From assembly GCA_010093995.1 (NCBI GenBank), contig ML992503.1, positions 180,984-244,983 of the forward strand: a stretch of DNA of 64,000 nt, read 5' to 3'. The notes beneath the pieces are model-generated. The model had not been told where the DNA came from and ran no database searches. It worked only from the letters and a program-made list of their open reading frames with translations. Source of the stretch: Elsinoe ampelina (taxonomy: Eukaryota). Shown piece after piece: positions 1 to 12,490 of the stretch (position 1 is its first letter; each line of letters begins with the position of its first letter). The translations under genes were made by a program, and so were the position numbers.

Positions 1-2
1 CT

Positions 3-1550
3 CGCAGAAAAGTCAACGAGGAGCAGGATAAGCAGCGGGAGGAGGAGATCAGGAAAAGGCTACGAGTGGAGGTGGAAGAGGAGCTCAAGGCAGCACGAAA
101 CAACGAGGTGGTAACGGAGGAGCGCTATCCGGCACGACAATTGACAAGTGAAGAGCTGAATGCTGTGACTGGCAGTGACGATTTCTTGGACTTTGTAGAG
201 AGGAGCAGCAAAGTCATCGAGCGGGCACTGGGAGAAGATTATGATCTGCTCGCAGACTATACGACAGGTATCGGCGCAGGTGAAGAGGACGACGAAGGCG
301 GGACAACAAAAGGTAGACGAGGCAGAAGAATCAAAGAGGTAGTGCAGTTCCAGGACGAGAAGTGGACGAAACGGAGGATGCTGAGTGACCTTGACTTCTC
401 TTCCAAATACCCAGAATTACTCCTGGCAAGCTACACGAAAGCGGCAAACTCGGTACAAGCAGCGCCTGGTCTTGCTCTGATCTGGAACTCACACATGCCG
501 GATAGACCGGAATACTCTTTCACGGCAACGAGTGATTTGCTCTGCGCCAGATTCTCACCATATCACCCTAACGTCATTCTCGGCGGTACCTACTCGGGTC
601 AAGTCTGCATGTGGGACACCAGGCAGAGATCGCAGGATGGTGCACCAGTGCAGAGAACGCCACTTGCAGGAGAGAGAGGTGGACATGCGCATCCGATCTA
701 TAGCATCTCAGTAGTTGGCACAAAGAATGCCAGCAACATCATCAGTGTCAGCACAGACGGCACCACATGTGCTTGGAGCTTTGACATGCTATCGAAACCA
801 CAAGAGCGTCTGGAACTTGTGTCGCCCCCTGGACGAAGTAGGACCGAGGACATTGCGCCTACCTGTATCAGCTTTCCACGGTCCGATCCCACGTATTTTC
901 TTGCTGGCACAGAAGATGGCAGTGTGGTGCCCGTCCACAGGTACGACCGAGCTGGAGCCAAGGCGGGGATCGATCAAAGAATCGTATATAGAGGGCACAC
1001 AGCACCGGTGACGGGACTGCACTTCCATCCTTCTCGCGGCAAAATTGATCTCGGAGATTTGGCGTTGACTTCAGGTCTCGACTGGAGTGTCAAGCTCTGG
1101 CGAGTCCGACCGCACAGCAGTGCCTTGTCAACAGCCAACACTGCGACCAGTGGCTTGCAGGTGGAACGGCCATTGCTGGACATTATGCGAGAAGATGTCG
1201 TCTACGATGTCAAGTGGTCACCCACCAAACCTGGCGTCTTCGGATGTGTCGATGGAGCAGGTCGACTCGAGGTGTTTGACATTAACGTTGACGTGGAGAT
1301 TCCAGTAGCAAGGGCGGAACCTAGTCACGCTGCAGGGGACGTGTTTGGGGTCAAGAGCTTAAACAAGCTAGCATGGGAGCACAATGAGGGGCGCAAGGTG
1401 GCGGTAGGAGGACTGGATGGGATAGTGACCGTCTTTGAGGTCGGAACTGAATTGGGAGGAATTGATACCCTGGGAAAGACAGAGGACTGGATGAGTGTGA
1501 AGAAGCTGGCGGCCAAGCTTGACCGTGTTCGACAGGCAGACGGCAAGTAG
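3..1550 (+). CDS. nudI: Cytoplasmic dynein intermediate chain (WD40), 5'-partial; starts upstream of the window
   Basis: Frame is open from base 3. Motifs FLDFVERSSKVIERAL, DYDLLADY, SDLDFSSKYPELLLASY, GGTYSGQVCMWD and DWSVKLW are typical of fungal dynein intermediate chains (Pac11/NudI). Confidence 0.93.
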   Translation, partial: RRKVNEEQDKQREEEIRKRLRVEVEEELKAARNNEVVTEERYPARQLTSEELNAVTGSDDFLDFVERSSKVIERALGEDYDLLADYTTGIGAGEEDDEGGTTKGRRGRRIKEVVQFQDEKWTKRRMLSDLDFSSKYPELLLASYTKAANSVQAAPGLALIWNSHMPDRPEYSFTATSDLLCARFSPYHPNVILGGTYSGQVCMWDTRQRSQDGAPVQRTPLAGERGGHAHPIYSISVVGTKNASNIISVSTDGTTCAWSFDMLSKPQERLELVSPPGRSRTEDIAPTCISFPRSDPTYFLAGTEDGSVVPVHRYDRAGAKAGIDQRIVYRGHTAPVTGLHFHPSRGKIDLGDLALTSGLDWSVKLWRVRPHSSALSTANTATSGLQVERPLLDIMREDVVYDVKWSPTKPGVFGCVDGAGRLEVFDINVDVEIPVARAEPSHAAGDVFGVKSLNKLAWEHNEGRKVAVGGLDGIVTVFEVGTELGGIDTLGKTEDWMSVKKLAAKLDRVRQADGK

Positions 1551-2181
1551 AAGAGGTCAATCGGCTTCTGACATGGAATGTGATGTGAACCCCTGCAAGC
1601 GTCCAGACAACGGCATGGTGTGATCTCATGCTGTCGGCCCGTCAAGGTCGCTGGGGAAGATGGCTGAGAAGGAAAACTACGTCAGAATTGCTTTTTTGGT
1701 CGCCCTGGCCCGAACGGCTGGATTCTTCTGTAGAGGCGAGCGAGCATTCCACAAATCACGTTCCGTTGCACAGTAGTCTCTGCGGGACGGGAGAGCTAGC
1801 CGTGAGCGGACGCATCCACGCATGTCACTGGTTCCGTCCCGTCTGCAGCTCGACTCCATTTTTTGCTGGAAGCTGCTGCAGCTTGAAGATCATCGACCTC
1901 GTAGCCTGTCCAACCTCCAAACCTTTTCTTCAACCTGTCTCCCCTTCAACGCATCTGCACCTCTTCTCCACCCAGACATTGTTTTCGCGGACAGAAACAC
2001 ACCACCACCTCTCCTTGACCAGCGCACCAGTCGCCATTAATATCCCCGACCACGCAATCGCATCCGTTGCGCGTTCGTACACAAACAGAAACCGTTGAGC
2101 TCCAAGATCTCCTGGAAATATCTTCAAAACACTCCTTTGCGCAACTCAACATCACTCCAATCCATACCAGCTACAGACAAG

Positions 2182-3006
2182 ATGCGATTCCTCCATTTTC
2201 TCTCGGTCAGCGCGATTGCTCTTGCGAGCTTCGCCGCCGCGCAGTCCGCTGTCCTTGGCTTCTCTGAAGTGCCGACCTCTGTTCGCGCCGGCCAGCCAGC
2301 CACCATCAGATACACCGCCGAAGATCTCTCAGAACCGGTCACCATTACTCTGCGCAAGGGCGATGCAAATGACCTCGAAACCATTCAGACCTTGACCTGT
2401 AAGTCACCGATCAAGATGTGCCCAAGTGGCAAGAAACTCGTGTACTGATCGGACATAGCCGACGCCACTGGCGGCAACTACACATGGATCCCAGCCAACT
2501 CATTCGAGAATGCCGACGATTACGCACTTCAGATTCAGCAAGGCCGCGAGATCAACTATTCTGGTGCCATCCGTCTGTCTGGCGCTGATGCGGCCGCTGT
2601 CTCTGCCGCGCAAGCTGCCAGCGCCTCGCTCTCCTCGGTCGGCGCAGCCATCACATCTTCCTTCGCCCAGCAGTCGTCCATCTCGAGCATTCAGTCAGTC
2701 ATTGCGAGCTACAATTCGTCATTGCAGAACTTGACCGCTCCCGTCACAAGACCAGCCAACACTAATGCTCAACCTTCTGGTACTGGCAGCACTGGCATTC
2801 CCAGAAACCAGACTTTGGTGACGCCGACCCTTACCAGCACACAGATCAACACTGCCAGTGGTAGTGCTGGCTCCGGACAGGGAAGCTCGACTGGCGCCGC
2901 TCCTGCCGCCAGCTCCAGCGGTGCGGCTGCTCACGCTATTGACGCTGTCAGCAAGTCCAGCCCTCTCGCGCTCGTGTTCGCCGTGGTGGTTGGCCTGTTC
3001 CTTTAG
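2182..3006 (+). CDS. GPI-anchored Ser/Thr/Ala-rich cell-wall protein with a Kre9/Knh1-like N-terminal domain; exons 2182-2398 and 2459-3006
   Basis: Signal peptide MRFLHFLSVSAIALASFAAA. GTAAGT...CTGAT...TAG intron at 2399-2458 joins to GGNYTWIP...DYALQIQQG...INYSG. S/T/A-rich stalk and hydrophobic C-terminus LALVFAVVVGLFL. Confidence 0.85.
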
Positions 3007-4647
3007 GGAATATCCATTGATTTGAGAAGGTCCCTTCGTTCCGAATCGTTTTCACAGGAAAGGAAGGAGTAATGTAATGATACACGATACGAAGAAGGAG
3101 CTTTCTATTCGATTGAGACAAGGACTGCTTGTAATTGTAGCTGCATAGCGCCACAGGCTCGAGCAAAGAAGATGCATTTGACATTATACTCTGTATTTGA
3201 CGTTCAATCCTTACATCAAATCATGGTGCTCGCAATCTATCTGAATTTGTCACCACTACCCAAGATGCAAAAGTGGATCTTTGTGCAAGGCCCGCCTCGA
3301 CCTGCTGCCTCGAAGTCTTCTGCAGAGTACACGAGGGGACTTCTCTAGGGAACACATCCGAACACGAGCTGACACTCACACCATATTTCGGTTGTTTGAG
3401 CAAAACCGTCCAGGACATCATGCAAGCCTCGAGAGCGTCGCAAGCAAGCTTCCGAAGACGTCTGGGCAACAGCAAAAAATTCCATTGCCATGCAGCACTC
3501 GGACCTGGGTTCACAGCGACCCGGACAGAAAAAGGACAAGGCTGGAAAGGAATAATGGGAGACTGCCGAGGCCAGCCACCCTTACCACCTTTGCTAGAGC
3601 CATCAGTGACGGCAAAACTCCTGGGGATGGCACAATAATTTGACGCATTCGAAAGGCAAATATGGATGTGACAGAGCCATTACAGTACAGTAATTGGAGA
3701 TCGACAGGACGGTGCCAGGACGAATCAACACTCGGACTGTGGGAGGAAAAAAAAGGCCAGTGCATTACGCGGCCCACCTTTTCCCATCATCCCTCGATCG
3801 AGGATGGGAGCTCCTTCTTGCAAGGTCTCGGTCTCTTGCGCGATTTGCTCCATGCGGCTCACTCCTCACACTGCTTTTCTTGCTCTCCCCCTGTCAGCCA
3901 GCCTGTCTGTCCTCCGTGGGGTAAGGTCCTGTCTCCGGCCTTCCCTGCATGCTGCGGCCTCGTGTGAGACCAGAGTGTGGAGACTGGCAGATCTAACATG
4001 CTCGACCAGTAACTTCGATCACACTGATCCACCTCTTGACATCCATGGCAACCAGTTATACAGATTGAAATGTGTGTCAAATAGACCAACTTCCACTCGT
4101 TGGCGGCTTCCCCCGGACCGTCTCAAGGACCTGAAATCAGCCCGCCGCCACCAAATATGCGCTTTTGGGGCCCATCTCCAAATCTGGTCTCTGTACGAAA
4201 GTAGTCTCTTCAGGTAGCCGCTAAGCCCTCCTGCCGACCAATCCAAGCTCGTCTCGCCCTGTCGCCGAACCGGATCCTAATGAGATGGTACCTCTAATGC
4301 TCCTTGGCCGCCTGCTGCTAGTCAGAGCGAGGGCAAGATTGCCCTGCCAGCAAATTGCATATATAATCACCCTCGTCTGCGCTTCCTCATCAGAAACCGT
4401 TCCTTTGCATCATTTTGTTTGTGAGAGGCTCAGACTTTCTCTTACCCGACTACTGTTTAGATTAACCGTCCAACCGACCATCTGACTTACCCCTTTGCTC
4501 AAAAGCTACACACATTCCACTCACTTGTTATTCCTTCAAAGCTCCTTCGTATTCAAAGAGTCTGTCGTTGACAACCTACATCCTTGTACATTTTTTTTTA
4601 TTGATACACTAGAGACCCACAAATCTCACACCCGGACAACCGACATC

Positions 4648-5364
4648 ATGAAGTTCTCCACATCCATCCTTGCCATCCTCGCGGCTCCTCTTTTGGCTTT
4701 TGCCCAGGACCGTCCTAACCCATTCAACATCCCCACCACTGGCTTGTCCGCGTCTGCTGGTCAGACCGTCACTCTATCCTGGAACCCGACCACTCAGGGC
4801 ACTGTCTCTCTCCAATTGAGGCAGGGTGCCAGCAGCGCTCTCACCGAGGGCGAGCCCATCGCTCGTAAGCTACAAGCCATTAGCTGCAGATCGAGCTTCC
4901 ACTGACACTCCCTCGCAGAGAGCATCCCCAACTCTGGTTCCTACACCTGGACCGTCCCAACCTCGATCGTTCGCGGGAGCGACTACGCCATCGAGATCAT
5001 CTCCGACTCCAACCCCAGCCAGGTCAACTACACTCCCCAATTCGTCATTGAGAGCAGCAACACTGTCGCAACCACTCGTGCTTCGTCCGCCTCTGCCTCT
5101 GCCTCTGCCACCCGCGCATCCACCGGAACCTCGGCCTCTGGCACCACTTCTGCTTCCGGCACCACCTCCGCCTCTGGAACCACCGGCTCCACCACTGGCA
5201 CTGCTTCCACCTCCGGCACCTCCTCCCGCAGCACCGCCTCCACCTCCGGCGCTGGCTTCCAGAGCTCCTCCTCTGCCTCCGGCCAGTCGACTGGCGGTGC
5301 TCCCCGCGCCACCGCCGCCGCCGGCATGATGGGCCTGATCGCCCTCGGCGCCATGGCTCTGTAA
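4648..5364 (+). CDS. Second Kre9/Knh1-like GPI-anchored Ser/Thr-rich protein; exons 4648-4864 and 4919-5364
   Basis: Signal peptide MKFSTSILAILAAPLLAFA. GTAAGC...CTGAC...CAG intron at 4865-4918 gives SIPNSGSYTWTVP...DYAIEI...VNYTPQF. S/T/G-rich stalk and hydrophobic tail AAAGMMGLIALGAMAL. Confidence 0.88.
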
Positions 5365-6385
5365 ACGCTCTCCCTCGGCCTTATTTCATGATGATGTTGA
5401 AAAAGACATGATTTTTTCGCCAAAAAGTACGCACTTGAAAAGAGAAGGATCTGGCGAATAGGATATGTCGTGGTGGAGATTTGGACAATGGCAACACGAG
5501 ATGAGATGTGTCTCTTTGTATGTCTTTTTCCTCTTTGATATCACGCGTCTTGTCGTTTATCCTGGAGAGAAAACATGGAGACGTCGAGTTGTTTTTCGAG
5601 CTTCGCATACCCTGTTGTCTTAATTGGAAGAATCATTAATACCATCATCGTTTGTTGATTATTTACTGCTGTGTATGGCGGGATTGTGATGGTGTGGCCG
5701 GCGAACACGTCGGGGTGATGTTCGAATGTCCATGTGTGGCATAGTTGGGACTGGCAGGTCGGGTTTCCTTTGTTCTCTTATTGACGCGTCTCGATAGTCG
5801 GAGAGGATATCAGTTGGCATACGGGTTTGTGGCTCCTTGAAGCATCGACCCATGACAGAGGTCAGAAATGCTAACCAGGTCGTTGACCTACCAGCAGGAG
5901 TCGAGGGATCCGACAGTCACGTGTCCAGCTTCTACCCTGCAACGCGAATTGGTCAAGCGCACATGCAATTACGATAGTCACTTCATCTTCACTAATTCAC
6001 GTCACCTCTTCTTCACATCTCTTTCACTTACCAACAACGACCAGCCGTTATAGCAGCATGCCGTCTCGAGTCTAGAAGCCTTCGCCACCAGAACTCGACG
6101 AGAGAAGACGGCGGCTGGTAGTTACAACCACGGCAGTCCTACCAGGAGCAGCACGAAAGTTTCTTCGCAGCGTCCTCAATTCAGCGCAAACGAGTCACGA
6201 CCAGCAACAGTGTCACCAGCAGCTTTCACGACCACGACAGTCCTATCAGAATAGCACGTAAGCTTCCCCGAGGCCTCCTTAACCAAGTCCTGGACGTCCG
6301 ACCTGGTAGTTTCACCACCAGCATTCACGGCCACCCTCGCACAGGCTCAACAACATGTTAAACACTCACACTCTTTAACATCGAC

Positions 6386-8844
6386 ATGCCTCCTCGAATC
6401 AACCCCTTTGGGGCTATCGGAGAGCCGCCAATCTCGCGCAGCAATCAGGATGAGAGTCCTCCGACTGCCCGTCCGGTAGTGCGAATGCCGTTCCCTGCGG
6501 CCCACCTCGGTCAATGGCCTCCAAGCGCATTGGTATACGCTCGCATGATGGCGGAGAGGAACGAGCAGGAGCAGGTGACTTTCACGAACCCCTTTTCGAG
6601 TCCACAAGAGCACACCGAATCGATGGCTCGCCAGGACTCTTCAATCTCGCCCAAAGCGGTACCTGATAGCCGCAGCTCTTCCCCTGAGCTTAGTTCAGAC
6701 GACGAGGATCCTCTACCCGCACATCATGGTTCTTCGAAAAAGTTCATCCCTCGTTATCTGCGCAGGAGTCTTACCAAGACCAAGAACAAACCAGTCGTCG
6801 AGAATGAGGGCGAAGACACTGCCAACGATGCAAGCGCTCCAGAAGTCGAAGAAACTACCAGTCGCCGCCTCGACGCCGAGTCACGTCCAAGGTCAGGTAC
6901 CTACACCGGTCCACTTTACGATGAGACTCCTGGTGTGTTCCGCATCATTCCCGGATCACAGACTGAAGGCAACCTTGTTCATCCTGGATACAACCAAATG
7001 AGTGATGCGCTCGAGTTTGTGGATCCCAGGCAGTTCCACGACTTCGCGGCGGTACACGTCCTTCCTCCGAACGTGGATGGCTACTTCATCTGTGCCCCCC
7101 AAAGACCTTCCACTCTTCTGCTGCACCAGTCGCCTCCACCGAGTCAAGAAGTCATCACGCCGTCCGGGAACAATGAGCTGCCGATTTCTCCGTCCATATA
7201 CTGGGCCGAAGTTGAGCAGCGCTATCCAGCAGGTGACCCGATCATGCAAACCTTGCCCTACGAGCACCTTTTCAACACTTTCAACAGGTTGGTGCAGATC
7301 AAAGGTTGGCGATGGAGGAGCGATCGTACGCGTGACGAGTTCTTCCTATGTGCCCAGGCTGAGTATGCTCGTCTGCTGATGCACAACCCCAATCTTTTGC
7401 TGCCTGGCACCACCTACCCTCCTCGTACGACTGAACAATACCACTACCGCATTCGCAAGATTTGTGAAATCGTCTACAATGAGAGGCGTATGCAGGAACT
7501 AAGTCATCTCACCGACTTCAGTCAAATCGAGAATTGTCGAAGGGTAAGTGCTTCATCCATATTTCAAAGCTTGACTGATAGTAGTGGTAGTTTCTCAGCC
7601 AAGTGAACATCAATGTCTTTGATCTCATGTCTGCCCTGGCCAACGGTGTCAAGCCCAAGAACTACAGCACCGCCGAGTGGGCACGAACCCATCAGATCTG
7701 GAACCATACCCGGTTCCGACATGACTACCTTCAAGGGATGCCGTATGACAATATCGTCGCAATCCTAGCCAAGCAGAGAGGCCCAAGACACCCCAGACGT
7801 TACATGGTACTACCCGCAGCTGTGGATGCTCCTCTTTCGGCTGCCACCACCCCACCAGCTCACCCTCCTAGTCAGCCTGATAAATACCACATCAGCAAGG
7901 GCAGTATCCAGCTACGGAATCTGTCTGGGTCAAGCCAATCACGAAGCGGTGCTCCTGGTCTTGAGAACACAACCACAACTCTCGCAGCACCGAACGCAAC
8001 AGCCGGCACAGAGCCTGTCGCAAGAATGAACCCGGGAGATACCGCCAGAGCACAGCCCGCAGCGGCTTTGACGGCTCCTTCAGCACTGAACCCCACTGCT
8101 GCTCCCTACTTCTCCCCCGCCCATCACCCGAGTCACAATCCTATACAAACCACCGCCCCTGAGCCAGCTCATGACACAACCTCCACTCCCGCTCGAGGAC
8201 TAGCAAGTGGACCAACAGGTAGACCTACCCAGGCTCCAGTGTCTGATCAAGCTAGTACGCCGGCTCGTGGATCAGCTCAGGGATCAGCTCCGGGGTCAGC
8301 TCGTGGATCTGGACGCGGGACAGGCCGTGTGTCAGGACGCCCGACAGCCTATATGCCTCCTCACGGCTCAGTGACTACACCAACTCGTGGTCCACCTCAC
8401 ATCCCAGCTCGCAGTCCACCTCACGTGCCAGCTCACGATCCCACGCACAACCCACTCCCTCGCCCTATTGCTCGCCCTGCTCCAGCACCAGCTCTCAACG
8501 CACCTCAAGGCCCAAAGAATCAGCCACACCATCGTGCCCCGTTCGGCTCGAAGAAAGGGAAGAAGATCCAGATTCTCCGCCGAGGACGTGATCCTGTCTT
8601 GCCACCCGATATCACAGAGGTGAACTTTCCTGCGCTTCCAAGCAAGTTGGAGACGAAGCCGGTAGCAGGCGAGGACTCAGGAGGAGGAGAGGAAGAAGAG
8701 CAGAGACTCGAGTATACCATCAAGCAGAGTGGGAAGAAGAAGAGGCAGAGCAAGGAGGGTGATGGAGAGACGAAGAACGGGGAAGGGAATGGAGATGGCC
8801 GGGCGGCATACAAGGGAAAGGGCAAGGGGAGGGCATTCGGGTGA
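6386..8844 (+). CDS. Hypothetical protein (~800 aa) with Pro-rich disordered flanks and a central globular region; exons 6386-7543 and 7591-8844
   Basis: Two long ORFs are joined in frame by a GTAAGT...CTGAT...TAG intron at 7544-7590, giving ENCRR/FLSQVNINVFDL. Confidence 0.75.
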
Positions 8845-9195
8845 TGCAGGACTGAGATACTGGGGGACGGTCAAAGAAGTCGTGGAATAAACGTGCCCAC
8901 TCTGGACAGCAGAAGCAGCGAGTCAGAAGGGGATTGCAAGGTCCCCTTGGGAGATTGAAGCTCTGATCCCAGGCCAAGAAGCTTCAGGTAGACAGCCATA
9001 CAGTGGCAGAATTGAGAGCAGACATAGACCAATGGGCTTGATGTGACGATGTCTCCGTTTCTGGCAGCACGAATAACTCCCTATCAGCATTCGCTGTACC
9101 ATGCAAAGGCTCACCCGAAACTCGCAAAAGGGTATCCCGAGCCATTTCTCACGACGTCTTCTCCAACGAATCCGAACAATCTCCATCCCTTCCAA

Positions 9196-10267
9196 TCAAA
9201 GCTCATCCAGCACACCCCTCCACCGCCTCCCCCTTTCCTCCTCCCTCTTCCTCTCATCCTCTCCCAGGCCAATCCTAATCCCCATCTCCCCCTTGTCCCC
9301 TCCCCCCTTCCCCCTCTCCCACCCACTTCCCCAATCATCCACCCCCTCAAACCCGCCCGGCACCCCTCTCCACGCCAATCCCCCAACAAGAACCACCAAC
9401 AACCCCNNNNNNNNNNNNNNNNNNNNNNNNNNNNNNNNNNNNNNNNNNNNNNNNNNNNNNNNNNNNNNNCTCCACCCTCTCCCTCAACCCGACCAACCTC
9501 TCCTCCACCCTCCTCCCCCTCCCCCTCGCCTCCTCCAACCTCCCTACCAAACCCCGCACCTCCCTCTCCCGTCCCCCGAACCCATCCCACGAAGCCACGG
9601 CCTCTTCACTCGCGTCCTCCATCTCCCCTGCCTTGGCCACGAATTCAGCCCTGCCCGTCTCCATCGTGGAATGAAGTTGGCGCAGGCGGGAGACGAGATC
9701 CTGGAGAGCGGAGGCCCGGGTCAGGAGGGCGTAGTAGACTTCGTCCAGGCGGCGGGTGGAGGCGTGGGCTTTGGCGTTGAGGGAGGCGAGGGAGGCGGCG
9801 GTTGCTGATGAGGCTTGGGAGAGGAGGAGGGTGGATTGGGAGAGGGTGGAGGGGGTGATGGGGAGGGAGGACGGGGGGAGGAGGGAGATGTTGGGTGGGT
9901 AAGGGGAGAGGCGGTCGTGGAGGGGAGCTGGGACGGAGGTGGAAGGGCGGGAGATGGAGGGGCGGCGGGAGGGGAGGGGGGAGGAGGTTTTGGCCGAGGA
10001 GGAGGGGCCGTCGTGGAGGTGGGTGTGGGGTTTGCGGAAGGGGAGGGAGGGGAGGGGGAGAGAGGGTGGTGCGGTGGGCGAGGCGAGAGGTTTGCTTACG
10101 CTGTGGTTGCTGCGGGTGTGGCGGTGGAAGGGGAGGCGGGGGAGGGTGACGGTGTGAGAGCGCTTCTTGCGATGGGTCGGGTTGGGAGGATCCTGAGAGA
10201 GGTCGGTCGGAGGTGTGGTTGCGGAGTGGAAGGTGGAGGCCTTTTCCATTTTGGCGATTGGTTGCAT
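9196..10267 (-). CDS. Conserved fungal coiled-coil protein with a C-terminal TM helix and terminal DEL; spans an assembly gap
   Basis: Coiled-coil segment TRRLDEVYYALL...RLVGLRERVE runs into the N gap. Beyond the gap a different frame gives LLVVLVGGLAWRG...WRGVLDEL*. Confidence 0.7.
9407..9469. other. Assembly gap (63 N)
   Basis: Run of N inside a very C-rich tract. Confidence 0.99.
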
Positions 10268-10534
10268 AATGCCAGGCCAGAGGGAGGACGTGTCGGCGGA
10301 AATCCAATGTTGAGGTGATCCCGACGTGGCTCAAGACGAATTCATGGCGGGATGATATTGGCAATTTCCTGGATGAGGAAGAAGTTCAAGACATTGGGAG
10401 GAAGGTGAAGTCGCTGCCAAGCATATCGCAACTTTTACATGTGAAGAGCAAATTCATTCCATGGGTATCATAACGCTATCTAACGCCGCCATATGCCTTT
10501 TGTGAGAGTCTGTACCTCTATATCGTTGGATGGA

Positions 10535-10976
10535 TCATGATTTCAGCATTTTGTTCCTCTTCTCTCTGCGTTTTAGTCGCTCAACACGCTTCCTGTGCAT
10601 CTTTTCCGCCATTTTCTCATACCGTTCTCGCTCCTCCTTGGCCGCTCTTTTGTCCTTGATCGCTTGTATCTTCCTCTGTGACATGTCAGCATTCTATGCT
10701 ATCTAATAGAGCAGCCAACGGACCTTTCGCTCTGCCTCTTTCTCCTCTTTCAATTCCTTCTCGTGTGCCTTGGCAAGGGCTTGCTCTTTTTCCTTTGCTG
10801 CCCGCTTTTCGTATGAGGTCTGCCCGGCTGTCGGTCTAAAGGCCTTCTTTGTGTCGTGCCAGTTCTTGCCTGAATACATCATGAGCATACCGTACTTCCA
10901 AGCTCAGAAAGTTCAACTGACCATTCTTCCGCATCGAATGGACTGGAGCCGTCGCCAGAGTTTCGATTTCGGCCAT
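10535..10976 (-). CDS. CGR1: rRNA-processing protein Cgr1/CgrA; exons 10976-10922, 10869-10724 and 10675-10535
   Basis: Spliced product contains [27 protein letters not shown]...[28 protein letters not shown]. Two GT-AG introns of 52 and 48 nt. Confidence 0.95.
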
Positions 10977-11433
10977 GTCGAGTCGGAGCGATTGTGAGGC
11001 GTCAAAAGACCTTCCCAAAAGAGCTGCTTTTACAATGGCGAAGTGACTACAAGATCGGCTGACGTCGGCGTATACGACCACAAGAGACGTGGTGGGAAGA
11101 TCAATTGACCCACCTCGAAAAATCAAATCTTATCAGATGGTGTGACCCAATCGTTTGTCGTGGTGGGGTGAGAATTGTGGAATTTTCACCGCCCAAAACA
11201 CGCAAAAGCGTCACAAGCCAATGTCCCTCGGTGCTGCATAAACTTCCACTCTCGCTTCCACCCTCTCGCGGCATTTTTACACTATATCCCTCATCTGATG
11301 GACTACGGGTGAAGCGACTGTATATCCTTCACAGTCGCTGGCAATCTCCGCTCCATTACATCAACCTCAATCGCTCTCTGGACCGATTCACACCCCGCGG
11401 CTTCCAGTCATTGGTTCCTCGATCTGCAAGCAG

Positions 11434-12490
11434 ATGGACGTTCGCGATGTCACCTACCTCCAGGGAACCTCGATCTTGCCATCTGAAACCTTACCAAAGA
11501 TACCAGAGAAGGTTGTAGAGACACAAAGTCAAGGTACGACTGCCCTCAAGGACATTGCGTTCGGAAGTGCTGCCGGCATTGCTGGAAAATATGTTGAATA
11601 CCCCTTCGACACCGTGAAGGTACGACTACAGTCACAACCGGATCATCTGCCTCTGAGATACAATGGGCCACTGGACTGCTTCGCCCAATCGCTCCGGCAG
11701 GATGGCTTTCTGGGAATGTACCGAGGCATCAGCGCTCCCCTCGTTGGCGCCGCAGCAGAGAATGCTAGCCTGTTCTTCAGCGTAAGTGCTCCGTGGTATC
11801 GTCTGTACGGCATGTCTGACCAGCCGGTAGTACCGCGTGTTCCAGAACATCTTTACATCTACCATCTACACCGACGGCGCTCCTTTGTCTCTACCAGCAC
11901 TAGGGACATGCGGTGCCTTGTCCGGCGCATTCACATCACTTGTGCTGACACCCATCGAACTCGTCAAATGCCAGATGCAGGTCCCAGTGCACCCTGGCAG
12001 CACTGTCCGACCGATCATACCATCCGTCATCGCATCAGTCTGGAGACATCAAGGCATTGCAGGGTTCTGGCGAGGTCAGATGGGCACATTGTTCCGTGAA
12101 ACAGGAGGATCAGCAGCGTGGTTTGGAAGCTACGAAAGTGTCTCTGCATACTTCAGGTCACAACGGACAAAGGCATTGGGTGCAGGCCAGGTCACGGCCG
12201 ATGGAGAGAAATTCGACCTGCCCATTCACCAGCAAATGCTTGCCGGTGCTGCAGCAGGCATGAGCTACAACTTTGCCTTTTACCCGGCAGACACAATCAA
12301 GTCGAGGTTGCAAACCGAGGAGGTTGTCACATCCGGCGCGCAAAAGACCTTCTGGACTACAGGCAAGGAGATATGGCGACAGCATGGGCTGAAGGGCTTG
12401 TATAGAGGCTGCGGTATCACCGTCGCGAGGAGTGCTCCAAGCAGCGCACTCATATTCACAATCTACGAAGCATTGAAGAACAGGTTTTGA
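11434..12490 (+). CDS. ORT1: Mitochondrial carrier, ornithine-transporter type (Ort1/AmcA/ARG-13); intron 11782-11830
   Basis: Three Px(D/E)xxKx(R/Q) signatures ([30 protein letters not shown]), plus [11 protein letters not shown] and ARSAPSSA motifs. Confidence 0.88.

Noticed and set aside
3007..4647. Several 60-137 aa ORFs between the two GPI genes
   Set aside because: No recognisable motifs or consistent frame; more likely promoter and UTR sequence.
6117..6335. Short imperfect direct repeats upstream of the 6386 gene
   Set aside because: The similarity is weak (~40 bp), with no ORF or termini to support a functional call.
9043..10364. Many overlapping Pro-rich and Gly-rich ORFs
   Set aside because: They are shadow frames caused by the C/G skew. 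Only the minus-strand coiled-coil frame has protein-like conserved features.
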